A stretch of 60,876 nucleotides of DNA, counting the filler, from Sphacelaria rigidula (Eukaryota), in assembly GCA_964200075.2 (NCBI GenBank). It is 5 parts of 5 records of this genome, joined end to end, with 100 filler letters (N's around TTAATTAATTAA, not from the genome) between each part and the next. Parts side by side here need not be neighbours in the genome. Positions count along the whole stretch, not along the records: positions 1 to 12,098 come from CAXNAA020004130.1; 4 more parts are not named here. The stretch is one strand, 5' to 3'. Within the stretch, counting starts at the first letter, position 1; each line of letters starts with the position of its first letter. This document shows, piece after piece, positions 1 through 12,098 of this stretch. Both the position numbers and the translations under genes were made by a program. A model generated the notes under the pieces. The model saw only the letters and a list, made by a program, of their open reading frames with translations. It was not told where the DNA came from and searched no databases.

Positions 1-399
1 CTCAAAAGATACAGCCCAGCAGCTGACCTAACCTATCGAGCTGACGAAACATCACAAAGTAGACACATCCTCGATATATACCGTCATGACATCGGGTTAG
101 CAAAGCGCTCACATCCGGACTCGAAATCCGAAAATACCGGGTAACGGAAGCGGATGTGATTGCTCAACAGACTGTTCGAGCGTCCTAGCAAAACGCTCAA
201 CGGTTGAGCAGTAGCCCGGGGTCGCAATTCGGAGATCAAGGAGAGTCACAAGAGAAGAAAACGAAAAACGATGATTAGAACAATGCAGACATGAACGGAA
301 AAATATCCGACATGTCAACGGTGACTGGAGTGCAACTTCCCAAGGAAGATGACCTCTCAGCAATCGGGGTAGTGCTGATCATTTCGACGATGGGTAGAC

Positions 400-1190
400 A
401 AGAAAGCACAATGCTTACACGCCGAAAACATCGTATGCACCGTTTTGTTTATAACACGAGGACGTTGAACTATTCAGGTGTCAGTGGAACCGAAGGTATC
501 CCAGAACTCGGACATCAAAAACCCAGGCGCCCGTGGACCGATCAGTGTCCCAGTGCCCAGGCATGTAGAAACAGCAGATGCATCCAGCACCAAAGTGCAA
601 CGCATCTTGTGGATTATCACATAGGACACACATATATGCCACAAAATGATACGAAGCAAGGAACATGTCGATGTTTCACTAAAGAGCACAATGCTTGCAA
701 GATAAACATCAGACCCACCGCTTTGGTACTAACGTGAGGACTTTGTCCTATACTCCGGTGTCAGTAGAACCAGAGGTATCCCAGAACCCGGGCAGAAATA
801 TCACAGGCGCCCGTGGACCAGTCGGTGTCCCAGTGCCTAGCCAGGTATACCTAATTGATGCAGCCGGTACCAAAGTGCAAAAAGCATCCCATAAAAATGT
901 ATCACTCATGCATCTATTTGACACAATACAAGAAGAAGCAAAGGTCATTGTAACCGGGTTTAGACAAAAGAGCACAATGCTCACAGGTGAAAGAAAAATA
1001 CATATATGTATCTGCAACACCGCCTTGCTACTTACCCGAGACTTAACCCTACTCAGGTGTCCGCGGAACCGAAGGCATCCCAGAACCCGGGCAGGAATAC
1101 CCCAGGCGCCCGTGGACCGATCCGTGTCCCAGTGCCCAGTCATGCATACCAGCTGATGCAACTAGCACCGCAGTGCAAATATATCTGATG
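400..1190. repeat. Tandem array of about 3 diverged ~290-bp units
   Basis: The block ggtgtc..gaacc..aggtatcccagaac..caggcgcccgtggacc..gtgtcccagtgcc recurs near 477, 757 and 1055; agcacaatgc recurs near 405, 684 and 969. Confidence 0.85.
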
Positions 1191-2599
1191 GAAATATGTC
1201 ATATATGACAGCTACATGACAGAAAAAATTATCGCCAGCCTCGGAGTTCCTTCGGCATCAGGACGGCAGTTTCCCCCCGTAGGTCTCTGACTACTCTAGC
1301 GATACGCCTTTCTTACAGTTCTACGTACTTGGAGGCTCCCTCATCAGTTGTGTTTGTTTGTCCATGTCTGTTTATTTTTCGCGGAGGGCAGTATATACCT
1401 GCTCGATCGAAGCGGACAAAGCGATGACTCGCGTGCTTTTTCTCCCTTCATTCAACCCATGTGTATTATGTACATGTATCATTTCACATTTCCACCACTT
1501 TTGTGGAGTTTTCTCTGCCAGCAAGGCATTTTCCCCCACGCTTTCTTTTGCAGCGCACTGAGAAGGCATACGAAGTATATTTTGTATTATCGATTTGCGT
1601 CACCCCCGGGAGGCCCGTACCAACCTCCCGAAGGGGAACCTTGTATACATGTATGGAGGAAAAATAAATATCACTGAACTTTGCGATGTGAATTCAAAAA
1701 CGACGCGGTGAGACAGTAATGCAGCATACATGGTGTTCCGCGTGTACCACCCAAGCGCCAGGAACTACAAGTAGCACGACAACTTGGTGATGCTACTGAG
1801 TGTGACTTCATGAGCCAGGAAAAATTAACGGAAATCTCGACTCTTCCTCATGCTTCGGTATATCACATTGTTGACTAGCCACCACTGAACGGTTATAACG
1901 CTTGATGCCGACAGAATACAGCAAAGCACACACAACAACGCTACAAAACGCAGTTTTGCTTCACATTTCAGATCTGTTCAATCAACAACTTTCCTAGTGT
2001 ATCTTTATGCCCACTCTTCTCGTCAATTAGTATGGGATGAATCTGTGGGTGCATCAGCCGCGTGGGCTGGTGTGGAGACGTAACCCGAGTGTTTCCTCCC
2101 TTGGTATCAACAACACTCGGGTCTCTCTCACGTGGAAAAAACGAGAGTTTGCAGGAAGATATCACATATTTCAGTGTCTTCCTCTGCATACTTGTGTTCG
2201 GGTGGGCGGGTGGTGTCTCAAATCGGTTCCTACTTTCCGTGCTGTTTCTCGGTGGGTAGGAATCGATGATCAGTAAAGAACTGGCGACGTGTGGCGCTCA
2301 TATATCACTCGTTCTTGACAGTCACGTGTCATAACGCCTACGGCTATATGTAGGACTTCCTGTCAAATGATCCTAGTGTATCTTTATGCCCACTCTTCTC
2401 GTCAATTAGTATTGGATGAATCTGTGGGTGCACCATCCGCGGCTGGTGTATTCACTCCGCCGGTACTCTGCTGAGTTGATCATATCGATTTTCGTTACTC
2501 GTGTAAGCTCAATCATTTGGTGACTCAGTTCATCCCTTACTCTCTCGGGCACGGTCCTTGCTGTTCTTATTCTAATTGCTGGTGTCTCTATGTGTACAT

Positions 2600-4338
2600 G
2601 GGTAACGTGAGTGTGAAGTCTTGTCTGAAATACATCCAGAAGAGCTGTTGGGTGAGTGTGTGCATGCGTTCGTCCCTGGCTTTATTTTTCCCGAAGGCAT
2701 GGTACATGGTGTTGTTGTCGACATCTATTGGCAGACTAGTCCCCGCCACTTGATCAGTTTGTTCTAAGCAGAACAGCCTAAGGACTTCGTGCAGAGCGAA
2801 CGTTTCCTTGACATTGATGTGCGCTGTCATCCATCCGGCGGGAAAGTCGGCGGCCGCTGTAAAGGCGTCGCCGGAGGGGCCTCGAACAATACCCCCCCGA
2901 TGCCAGTGAGAAGGCGTCTGTCGTGCCGTTTATGGCGATGATGTGGTGACTAGGGCTGTACCATGTCACCCCATTCATCTTGTTTCGGAGTTCCCGCCAT
3001 GTGGCTATCTCGTTTCGGAGACCGCCATTGACAGAGAGCGCTATCGTTGCTGTGATATGTTTTCCTTCTGTCTTTCTGTATATCGCGATCTGTTTGTACA
3101 TGTGGAATGTGTACAAACTGGCTGCTGGTACTGCAACCGACATGCTCGTGCACTTTCCCGCCAGCTTCTCAAGCATGGCGAACGTGATGGTTCCGGTAGC
3201 GAGGACATCGTCTAAGATGCGCTCTAACTTGACGAGCTTATCTTCGGGGACTTCAAACCGGCAATCGTCTGTGTCGCACAGAATTCCCAAGAAGACAATT
3301 TTTGTAGTGGGTTCTAGCTGACATTTGGAGATGGACATGAAGTATCCATAATGATAGAAGACTGCCAGCGCCAGGAGGGCTGCTGAGCTTGCTGCCTGTG
3401 TCTGCGTGTGAGGTGGGTCATGCTTTGTCAAGCGGACTCCCCTCAGCCAGAAATCTTCGATCTATGCCAGTACTGCTACTTGTCGGGATCGCAGGTACTG
3501 TGCCACCGCCTCGTTCAGTGTGTGGTAGATGTAGGGGGAACTGCACCAACCAAAACAGAGGACAGTCCAGACGTAATATTCGCCCTTCCACTGAAAACCG
3601 AAGTATTCCCATGTTGTGGGGTCGAGGGGCACATGATAAAAACCTGATTTGTGGTCCATCGTAACCTGGTAAGCACCTTGCCACGAGCACTGGGCCACCT
3701 TTCCTACTCCGTCCATCTTGAACGGCATATCCTTGCACATGAGGTTCAGCCAACGGCCGTCCCATATTAAGCGTGGTTTCGACGGTTCTGCTCCAAGCGG
3801 GAGAGACATGCGTGACTTGGGTTGCGCGTGAACGTCTGCTATCTCCGCCCATCGCACCGCGCAGCCTTTGTCGACAAGGTTTCTGATCTCGCAGTCGACA
3901 AACAGTTCGTGTTCTGGATTCACGTGGTTGGGTAACTCCACATCCATCAGGTCGGCGCCGTGAAAGGGGCGTCCTTGAAAACTTCTCGTCGTTGATTTGT
4001 CGACGAATGTGTGTATGTCTACACCGTTGATCCACGACAATAACAAGTCGGGTTGCATGTGGTCCTTCAGAGTAACATCTTTCCAGTGGGGACTGCCGTG
4101 CTCAGATGTCCTGGAACAAAGTCTTTCTCGTTGTATACGGGGGCTTGTGGGGCTTGGGGCGGTTCTCCTGATTCCCAGCCTTCCTGGATCTGGTTCGCAG
4201 AGGGATCCTGGATCATGCACTCGCTATGGGCTGAAGCTCGATTTCCTTGTATATCCGTTTGGTCCGTACGAAAATGTGTATGCACCGCGTTCGTACGTCT
4301 GGAACTTTCTGCCAGAGAAGCTATCAGGCCTAGTTGGT
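2600..4338 (-). pseudogene. DIRS-type reverse transcriptase / RNase H (disrupted)
   Basis: RT motifs KPRLIWDGRWLN, DHKSGFYHV and LCFGWCSSP; the catalytic motif reads *IEDF (stop at 3462-3464); KCQLEPTTKIVFLG follows. RNase H motifs TDA, HINVKETFAL and DVDN. Frameshifts near 4090 and 2895; truncated near 2600. Confidence 0.92.
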
Positions 4339-5062
4339 CTGTAGACGCGTATAGCATACAATCAAAAACAAAATCGTTGGACGGACGTGTCGTGTATGTA
4401 TAGATATTTTGGACACACCAGAAATTCACTGTTTATTTTTTTAAAGCAAGCGCTTCCACGTATCCCACTGCGCACCAGAGTCCAAGCCACGAGTGAAAGC
4501 GAGGTTCAAAGGTTTGCAGGCGGGGCATTGGGGCTGCGTTATGTCGGATGACGACGTTTTCAGATCACCCGGCAGTCATTTCATCTTCAGGGTGAACATG
4601 ACACGTCGGGGTCAACTGTAGTGGACTGGGTTACAGCGGCTTAGTATTTTTTCCAGTACACATATAGGGTACAGAGGACATAAGAAAGCTGCGCGGGGTG
4701 TGATGTTCCGAGAGGAGAGTGTGTAATGCTCGTGTGTCGTGGGTAATGGTAAAACTCCCGCTCGGGTATTCTGCAATACAGCGGTGGGTTCGGCCTGTCG
4801 CAGAACCGGGCTCCGTCATGTGTAGCGTGGTACGAATAATTCGAGACGAACTCGCCATCGGGACAACAGAGCAGCAAACAGTATTTAATTTATGTTCTTT
4901 CCATCTCTTGAAACGGTACGCAAGATATGTCTCGCCCATTAACCTATGAAACAGGACATGTGCAGGTCGGAGTCGACACGTTCCCGAGTGTCCTGCGGCG
5001 GAAGCTACCGAAACAGGGTGTGGTAACCCTGTACTATATTGACAAATCAGACTTCAATTTTA

Positions 5063-5837
5063 CTATATATATCCTCGGGGGCAATGCTTAGCGAGGTGTC
5101 CCGGTTTCGTGCATTGCCAACAGACTGTTAGCGGGCAGTAAACGTATGAGTGGTTGGCGGATTGACCCGCGTCCGTGCACTTTTGGCACTGAGGCGGTCC
5201 TCCGGAGCCCCGGCCACTGCCTCTCCCGGGATCTCCTCGGCCTCCTCCTCTGCCGCCGCCGCAGGTGTTGCGTTGTCGCCTCCCTCCCCGCCCCCCCGCT
5301 GCGTAGGGTTCACTGGGGCTGTAGTGGTTGGTGGCGTCAGAAAATGGCGCCTGCTGGTAGGACAGGCGTGGATATGTGGGGGGCGGCTGTAGATGGTAGG
5401 GTGAGGGGTATTGGGTCGGCGGGCTCAGCAGAGCCCTGGACCCTTCCCCCCGCACGAATGTCTGGGCACCAACCCGGAACGGTCTCCAGGGTAGTGTGCT
5501 TACCGCCCATGGACGTCGCTATATCCTTGATATCTGCCTGGAGAGCCTTGTTTGCGGCCGGCGAGCGCTGGGAGGAGGTGGCACCAAACCGTTTGTTGAG
5601 GAGCAGGGCAGTTAACGCCGGTGAACGCCGCGCGAGACTCTCCTCAACATCGTTGCGGAGGTTCCGCACCCATTCCATCTCGCGACGGAGCGAGGGCTGC
5701 CCCTCGGCCAACCGCTCCATCGCAGCTAGGTGGGCGAACATGGTGTCGAGTTGATCCATGACTCGCGTGAGGGGCGTGAAGCGTGCATCCTTAAGAAGGT
5801 GAGCGTCCGCCGCTGCTTGGCTCATCTTTAATTTAAA
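5063..5837 (-). pseudogene. Gag-like ORF1, 3' part, with CCHC zinc knuckle
   Basis: ORFs 5337-5825 and 5063-5455 are joined by a frameshift near the C-run at ~5445. RGG-rich tract, then CQKC..H..C and CWQCTKPGHLAKHC (Cx2Cx4Hx4C). Confidence 0.8.
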
Positions 5838-8056
5838 CTACAGTGTTGGGGATACAGCATGGGACGGTCCGGGCGAAAGGGGTCGTGCGGCTGTTGTTGT
5901 GCTGTCGGACTCTCAGGCTGGATCGGTCTCGCTTTCACGTAGTAGAAGTGGTGGGCTGGTGTCCTCACAAACCGCCTGTACAAATGCTGAGTACTGCGCA
6001 TGAGCTCTGTCACACGGATTTCGTGTGAAGTGGCTGACTGGACTGGTACGAAACACGTCTGAGCGGGCGGTATGTATGATGTGGGACTGTTATGTATTGA
6101 GTCGGGGTTAAGCGTACTTCAGCTTGTAGGGTTTCGGGCAAAATATAGGGCTCTGTGGTGCTGCGTGGGTACAAGCGAGCGTGTGCTGTGCTTCGCGTCA
6201 TCCCGCGTGTACTGCTACGCCCCCCCCTGTACCGTGTGGGCGGTTAAGAACCGGGCTGGCGTGTGTTTGTGCCGGTCCCGGGCTGTGCTCGACAGGCGGC
6301 TGAAGGCCAGGCGGGCTTGTGCAGTGCCGCGATTCGGTGGCACTGGTACTGGGCTACGCTCCGAAGTGTACTGTATCGGCGGCAAAGGGGCGAGCCGAGT
6401 GAGCGTGTACTATGTGGTACGGGCTGTACGGGCGTCCACGTCGCGTCATCCGCACGTGTACTGTGCTAACGCCCCCACCTGTGCTGTGTGGGCGTCGAAA
6501 GACTGGGTGGACGTGTGCTTGTGCCGGCCCCACTCTGTACTCTACAGGTGGCTGAAAGCCATGGGGACTTGTGCGGTGCCGCATCTCGTCGGCACTTGTA
6601 CTGTACTGTGCTTCCAAGTGTACTGTATCGGCGGCAAAGGGCCGAGCCGGATGGGCGTACTGTGCTGGAAGTACTGTACGGGCGACGGGGGTCGGGTGGG
6701 TGTGAACTGTGCAGCATCCGAATCGATACTGTACTGGCCCGAATCTGTACTGGATGGGCGACGGCAAACTGGACGTATACGGAGCCTCCCGCGCCTGCCG
6801 TGTACTTGTAATGGTGTACCCATCTGTGCTATCTGGGCTGCGCGTGTACGGTGCTATATGTACTGTACAGTCCACAAGGGGTCGGGCGGGCGTGAACTGT
6901 CTTGCATCGGAAACGATGCTGTACTGGCCGAAATCGAGATTAGATGGGTGGCAGCAAGTCGGGTGGGCGTGTACGGCGCACCCCTATGCATTTTGTTTTT
7001 GGTTTGTTTTTTTCGGGGCGGGGGCGGGGGCGGGGGCGGGGGGGTGGGGGGGCGGGGGAGAACGAAGCAACAGCGATGTTGTCGCGAGCCGCGGTTTCAA
7101 GGCCGGTGCCTAAGTGCTGCGGTGTAGGCATCTGTACTGACAAGAGACACAGCGTGTGCTTACCGTAGCGTTCGTGCGCTGTGAAAGTTGCCGGTGGGCT
7201 ATTAGACATGTGAAGACGGGCCGGGATCAATTACCGGGGAAGTACTGAGGTCAAGTAGCTGCTAGTCAGCAATGTGAGCGCCTCCCAGCGTATTACTATG
7301 TGATACATGCCCAGGTAAAAGATATCGTGATCCGAATGGGGTTCTGCGTGCGAGGGTCATGGAGAGCACGGGAGCTCCTGGGGTGGCCTCGTGAGGAAGG
7401 AACAGTGCGTGCTCAGTCAATAGCTACTGGCTGGCAGTACAACCAAGAGGATGTATGAAACAGGTTACGGGTGTGTGGGGCTGTACGTGCGTGCGGAAAG
7501 AAAAGAGAGAACCGCTGTCGCAGGAGCTGAGATCCGGTAACATGCGTGTAGGATAGTGAGTGTGCTGAGTGCACGATGTCGCGAGTAGAAGTGGGTTGAG
7601 CACACTGTACTACAGACGTGCAGGTGTGTTGTCTCAGGGTTCTCGTGTTCCCGTACAAAGGTTGGGCACCATGCTACCTTGGGCTGTCGGCTTGCGGTGT
7701 AGTTGTGCTGTGCGTATTACTTGTGCGGGTTTGCGGGAAGATATACGTGCAGCTACATAGATATCAAAGTATCATAGTGTACGTACTGTAATTTGGTGTG
7801 AAGTGTGCGGAGAAATAGAGCTACACCTATTTTTCAGTACAACACCGTGCTGACTGTAGTTTTGCGTGAGCTGGGCAAGGGCATAGAGCTGCACCTATAT
7901 CACAGTATAATGGTGTACTGACTCTAATTTGATAGGACTGCTTTTAGCCCATGCATGTGGTTGGTTGTGGGATAGTGTGACGCTATTCCTACGGCTGGGA
8001 GGCCTCGAATGTACTGTACTGAGCGTTCGTGCTGGAAAGCAAATGGGGAATCTCAC
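5838..8056 (-). other. Putative phase-0 spliceosomal intron inside retroelement ORF1
   Basis: Donor CAG|GTGAGA at 8056 and acceptor ctgtag|TTT at 5838; splicing gives in-frame RIHPRRQ|FKLKMSQAAADAHLL. The interior is repetitive (duplication ~6170-6440 vs ~6440-6680). Confidence 0.55.
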
Positions 8057-8292
8057 CTGCCGCCGGGGGTGAATCCGTGTAAGCAATCGTACCTCGTCGC
8101 TGTCCTCCTCCTCCTCTGCCGAAGCGGCGCCAGCTGCGCTTCTGTCTGGCTTGCCATGTGTGCTGTCTCCCGCATCAGAGAGCTCCGATCCCGAAAATTA
8201 TTGGCGTTTTGGTGGAGGGTCGGTGAGGTCCACCGGGACATCGGGTTGGGACGTTGGTCGCGGTGGCAGCAGAGGGGGGGATGGTAGCGGTG

Positions 8293-9849
8293 CACACGTG
8301 GACAAATAGCACCCTGTGGGGCACGTCTACAAGGTTCAGGGAAACTGTGCAGTGTTTCTCGCGGGGATCTGGCTGTATTTTTTTTTGCTCCCCACAGGAC
8401 GCTTCACAGGGATCAGGAAAACTGTGCAGTGTTTCTCGCGGGGATTTGAGTGTAGGGTATCATTGTGGAGTTATCCTACGATAGGGGGGGGGGGTATTTC
8501 GGGCCATTTGTTGCTCGAAATTTCGAGTCAGATCGTCGTTTAAAGCAGCAACGAACTGTTGTTCGAACAAGCTTGTTGTGAAACAGTAACGCTCATCCAT
8601 ACTGCCTTACACCGTTTGGAACCAAATACAAGCGCAACGCAAGTATGGAAGGATGTCTGACACACTTATGAGCCTCTTTCTTCGTGCAACCGAATCCCCC
8701 CCCCTCCTATCGTAGGATGACTCTTTCTGCCACGCAGAGTGCTTCACAGGGTTTCGTCACTTCGAGTAGAATTCATCGCTGTTAATACGCTGTGCTGCCT
8801 GTACATAGCACGCATACAATATACTCTACACAGCATGGGCATGGTACTGGCAGAAAATAACGGTGGAGGAGTGGCAGGGGTGAGAATTGAATTCAGGTTT
8901 TCGTGAACGGAGGTACGTCAGGTTGCCGATTGAGCCACCCAAATTGATGAGAACAGCGACATGATTTTGTGCTTCTAATAACTATCAAACGAAAAACTCT
9001 CTCAACAAAAGCATACTGGGTTGAGTGATTTTGGTAGACTGTGGACCACGGGGTTTTCGAAGCAATGCGCATTCATAATATGCGAGGTATACCCAACTGT
9101 CTCAGTTTCCACGTCTTGAGCGAAAGCTTAGCATCTACGCTCGCAGGCGTGTGCACATGCACTCGATCGTAATCAGTGTGTCGGATCTCCATTCAGCAAA
9201 AGCTGTCGAGAATAATTCATCCTTCAGCCCATGTGCATGGATCGGGGGGCGAAAGGATGAATTGTTTTCAACATTTTTTTCTGCTTGTCGGATCCCATAT
9301 GCTGATAACGGTGCAGTATGCGGGATATGCCCAGCTGACGCTGTTCGCAATATATATCTTTTCCCCCAATCTCCGGATGAAATGGAGGGCAAAGTGACGA
9401 TATATTTCGAGCTTCTTCTGCTGTTTAAATTCCTTATCTGCGAGTGTGCATGGGATTTGCGCAGCAGAAGAAGAAGCTGTACGAAATAGATTAATTTTTT
9501 CGCCGATTATATATTGGGCGAAAAAATGATCTATTTCGTACAGCTTCTTCTGCCGTTCGAAATACATTTTTTTTGCCCAAATAAATTGGGCGAAAAAAGG
9601 ATCTGTTTTGAATATCTTCTCCTGCTGTCCGAGATAAATAAATTTACAGATTTTGTACCAAAATAATTTGGAATTTTCCAAATTGGGAATGCCTCTTCAC
9701 AGGGTTGCTTGCAGGGTTTCGACAAAAACGCTATGCAAAATGCTATTACATGTACTAGGGTTTGCAAATAATGCTACACAGGGGTTTTCACAAAGACTGT
9801 GGAGAACCCTGTGCAGCTCGCCCTACAGGGTGCTATTTGTCCACGTGTG
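8293..9849. mobile_element. Non-autonomous TIR element, CACAC termini, 2-bp TSD (CACTA/CMC-like)
   Basis: ~30-bp TIR cacacgtggacaaatagcaccctgt(g/a)gggc at both ends; TG on both flanks; homologous copy in the opposite orientation at 32549-33819. Confidence 0.85.
8468..8723. mobile_element. MITE with GAG..CTC termini nested in the CACAC element
   Basis: Inverted ends gagttatcctacgatagg / cctatcgtaggatgactc; this segment is absent from the homologous copy near 33670. No clear TSD. Confidence 0.7.
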
Positions 9850-10921
9850 TGGTGATGGTGTGGAGGGTGGGGGGAACGCGCCTGGGAGCACGAGGAAGTT
9901 GCCCACTTTTTTCAGGCCGCCGTGGGTGGTTTTGTCGGTAGCCCACAGGTGGTCCACCGATGCTTCCAGTAAGACGCGGGTCTGAAGGTCCCCTTGAGCG
10001 TCGGGGGGGGAAGCTTGCTGCCATGGAAGGTTGCAGTATCGTCGCTATGTTGACGGATATGGACGGTGCTAGTATTTCCGCACATACGCACATGAGTTGG
10101 TTCATGGGCGTTTCGTCCGCCGTGAGGCCCAACACCGCGATTACCTTTTTGGCGTTGATGATAGAGACGCCCCCCCGCACCTCATACACAAGCGCGTGGA
10201 GGGCGTCGACGGAGGGTATCTCCGCCGGGGCGGACATGTCCAACGTGTCAGGGACCATAGCTGGGTATTGGGCGGTTGGATTGTAGGAGTTTGGAGGTAG
10301 TGTGCGAAAGGAGAGGGCGAGCCCACGTTCAGCGGGGCGAGCCTTCGCCGTCGGAGCTATCTCAAATCGGTTCCTACTTTCCGTGCTGTTTCTCTGTGGG
10401 TAGGAATCGATGACCAGTAAAGAACTGGCGACGTGTGGCGCTCATATATCACTCGTTCTTGACAGTCCCGTGTCATAATGCCTACGGCTATATGTAGGGC
10501 TTCCTGTCAAATGATGCGTGCCCAATCTTTATTTTTGTGTAAATCAGAATATATTGTCTGCGATATCCGCGTCTACGTCTAGGTGTGTGCGCTGTGCGGT
10601 CATGTACTCGCCTCTATAACAGCATCTCCACAGTCATTTTAGTACAACAATGATTCAGAAATATTGACACGAGTATGACACATATGCACACAGAACACTT
10701 TGGAGTATGACACATATGTCGGGTGAAATAAGTGGTTCAACCGGCTGCAAAACCGATCAGTTTACCAGTTGCACCAGTCAAGTGTAACTGGTCAGTTCAA
10801 CTGGCAGCCAGTTCACAACTCTACCGGAACGTGTTGTCCATAGCAGGATTTGGCTGCGAAGATAGTGTCCCCATCTAACCCAACCCAACCCTACCCTACC
10901 TAACTCAACCTACCCGTGCAG

Positions 10922-11695
10922 GAGCGATCTGGTTCTTCAAGGGAACGGACGACGTCGAGGCAAGCAAGGACGTGGACGGGCGCTGCACGGGAAACATGAT
11001 CAAGGACAACTACGTCGACGGTGCTGCCACCGGGGTGTATATGAAGTCGTGCGACGAAAACGAGCTGATTTCCAACACCTTCGTGAATACCGATGAAAAT
11101 TATTGGGAGGACAACGAAGGCCTCCTGTGGAAAGTGAGTGTGTACATGTGTGTGTGAGAGAGAGAGAGGCGAGTGATTTTCTGTACTTCTATCTTCGTTT
11201 GTTTGTTTGTTTGTTTGTTTGTTTGCCTGTATTTCGACCTTGTTGTCTAGGATATTCCCGCTCCCCTTTCCCTGCTGGAAAACATGTTTCGAGCAATCAT
11301 AGTTCACAAGTATCGGTTGGTCTCGTCGAATTTCGAGAAACAACAAAGCGCGAATTTCGGAACAACCGAAGGCCCATGTAATTCCTATGCGCGTACTATT
11401 GCTGCAGCACACAACCCCCTTTGTCCCTTCCCCCTCCGAGCGAATTTCGGAACAACTAAAGGTCCATCAAATACGTATGAGCGTACCACTTAGCACACAA
11501 CGTCCTTTACCCCATGTGCCCCCCTTCTCGACACCCACATCACACCATCTGTTCTCCTTTCTGCGCCGTATATTTTCTATTCAGGACAATGATGTGCACT
11601 CGGGCTTCGACATGGAGATGTCTGATACGTGTCTTGACCCTGAATCCGATCTTAATCAAATCGACGAAGCAGGCGGTACCCAGAAAACGTGTTGA
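10922..11695 (+). CDS. Mannuronan C-5-epimerase-like (parallel beta-helix) gene, last two exons 10922-11133 and 11585-11695
   Basis: Canonical splice sites cag|GA...AAA|gtgagt and tcag|GAC...TGA. The peptide AIWFFKGTDDVEASKDVDGRCTGNMIKDNYVDGAATGVYMKSCDENELISNTF resembles, from memory, C-termini of brown algal ManC5-epimerases. Confidence 0.65.
11147..11225. repeat. Intronic microsatellites (TG)n(GA)n and (GTTT)n
   Basis: Directly visible. Confidence 0.9.
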
Positions 11696-12098
11696 AAAAG
11701 ATAGAACACCGGTTCGAGCACAATAATACGCGCACGTGCTGGTGGGGTCGAGGGCGGGCGGAGGGAGGGGGGCACGAGGCGGGGGGAGGGTCGGGAACCA
11801 ACGTGGGAATACAAATATTCATTTACTCTACGCATGTGTTCTATGTGTTTTACGTGTTCCATGTGTCCTATAAGTTCCGTTCTGTTTCTTGTTGACCTGA
11901 TCGTTAATTGTTATCTCTCACTGTTTTGTCTATACCCCGAATGAAATAGCGGGGCGTGTGCGGGGAAATCCACACGTACTCTGAAATCGACGATCAAAGT
12001 CAACATCTTGGAATGCGGTGGAGGAGGGGGGGGGGGGGGGGGGGACTCATTTTTTGTTTGTCTTTGTGTTTTTACCCTCGACCCCCCCTCCCTTTAGA

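Larger units (their letters stand above)
8057..10237 (-). pseudogene. Gag-like ORF1, 5' part, interrupted by a DNA transposon
   Basis: ATG at 10237 (MSAPAEIPSVDALHALV...), frameshift at the G-run ~10005. The frame continues as ...FPPPSTPSP|PLPSPPLLPPRP...AEEEEDSDEVRLLTRIHPRRQ once 8293-9849 and its TSD are removed; one internal stop. Confidence 0.6.
1992..10515 (-). mobile_element. DIRS-order (PAT/Ngaro-like) retrotransposon with split direct repeats; degenerate, tyrosine recombinase absent
   Basis: Repeat A (~155 bp) at 10360-10515 and 2216-2371; repeat B (~80 bp) at 2371-2449 and 1992-2072. On the minus strand the order is A1-ORFs-B1-A2-spacer-B2. Encloses a zinc-knuckle ORF1 and DIRS-type RT and RNase H. 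No TSD. Confidence 0.88.

Noticed and set aside
6072-7127. 351-aa ORF as a protein gene or hidden recombinase
   Set aside because: It is antisense to the element, derives from duplicated GTACTG-rich sequence, is C/V/R-biased and shows no R-H-R-Y tetrad.
8288-9854. Transib-type 5-bp TSD (cggtg/tggtg)
   Set aside because: It has one mismatch, and the second copy supports only a 2-bp TSD.
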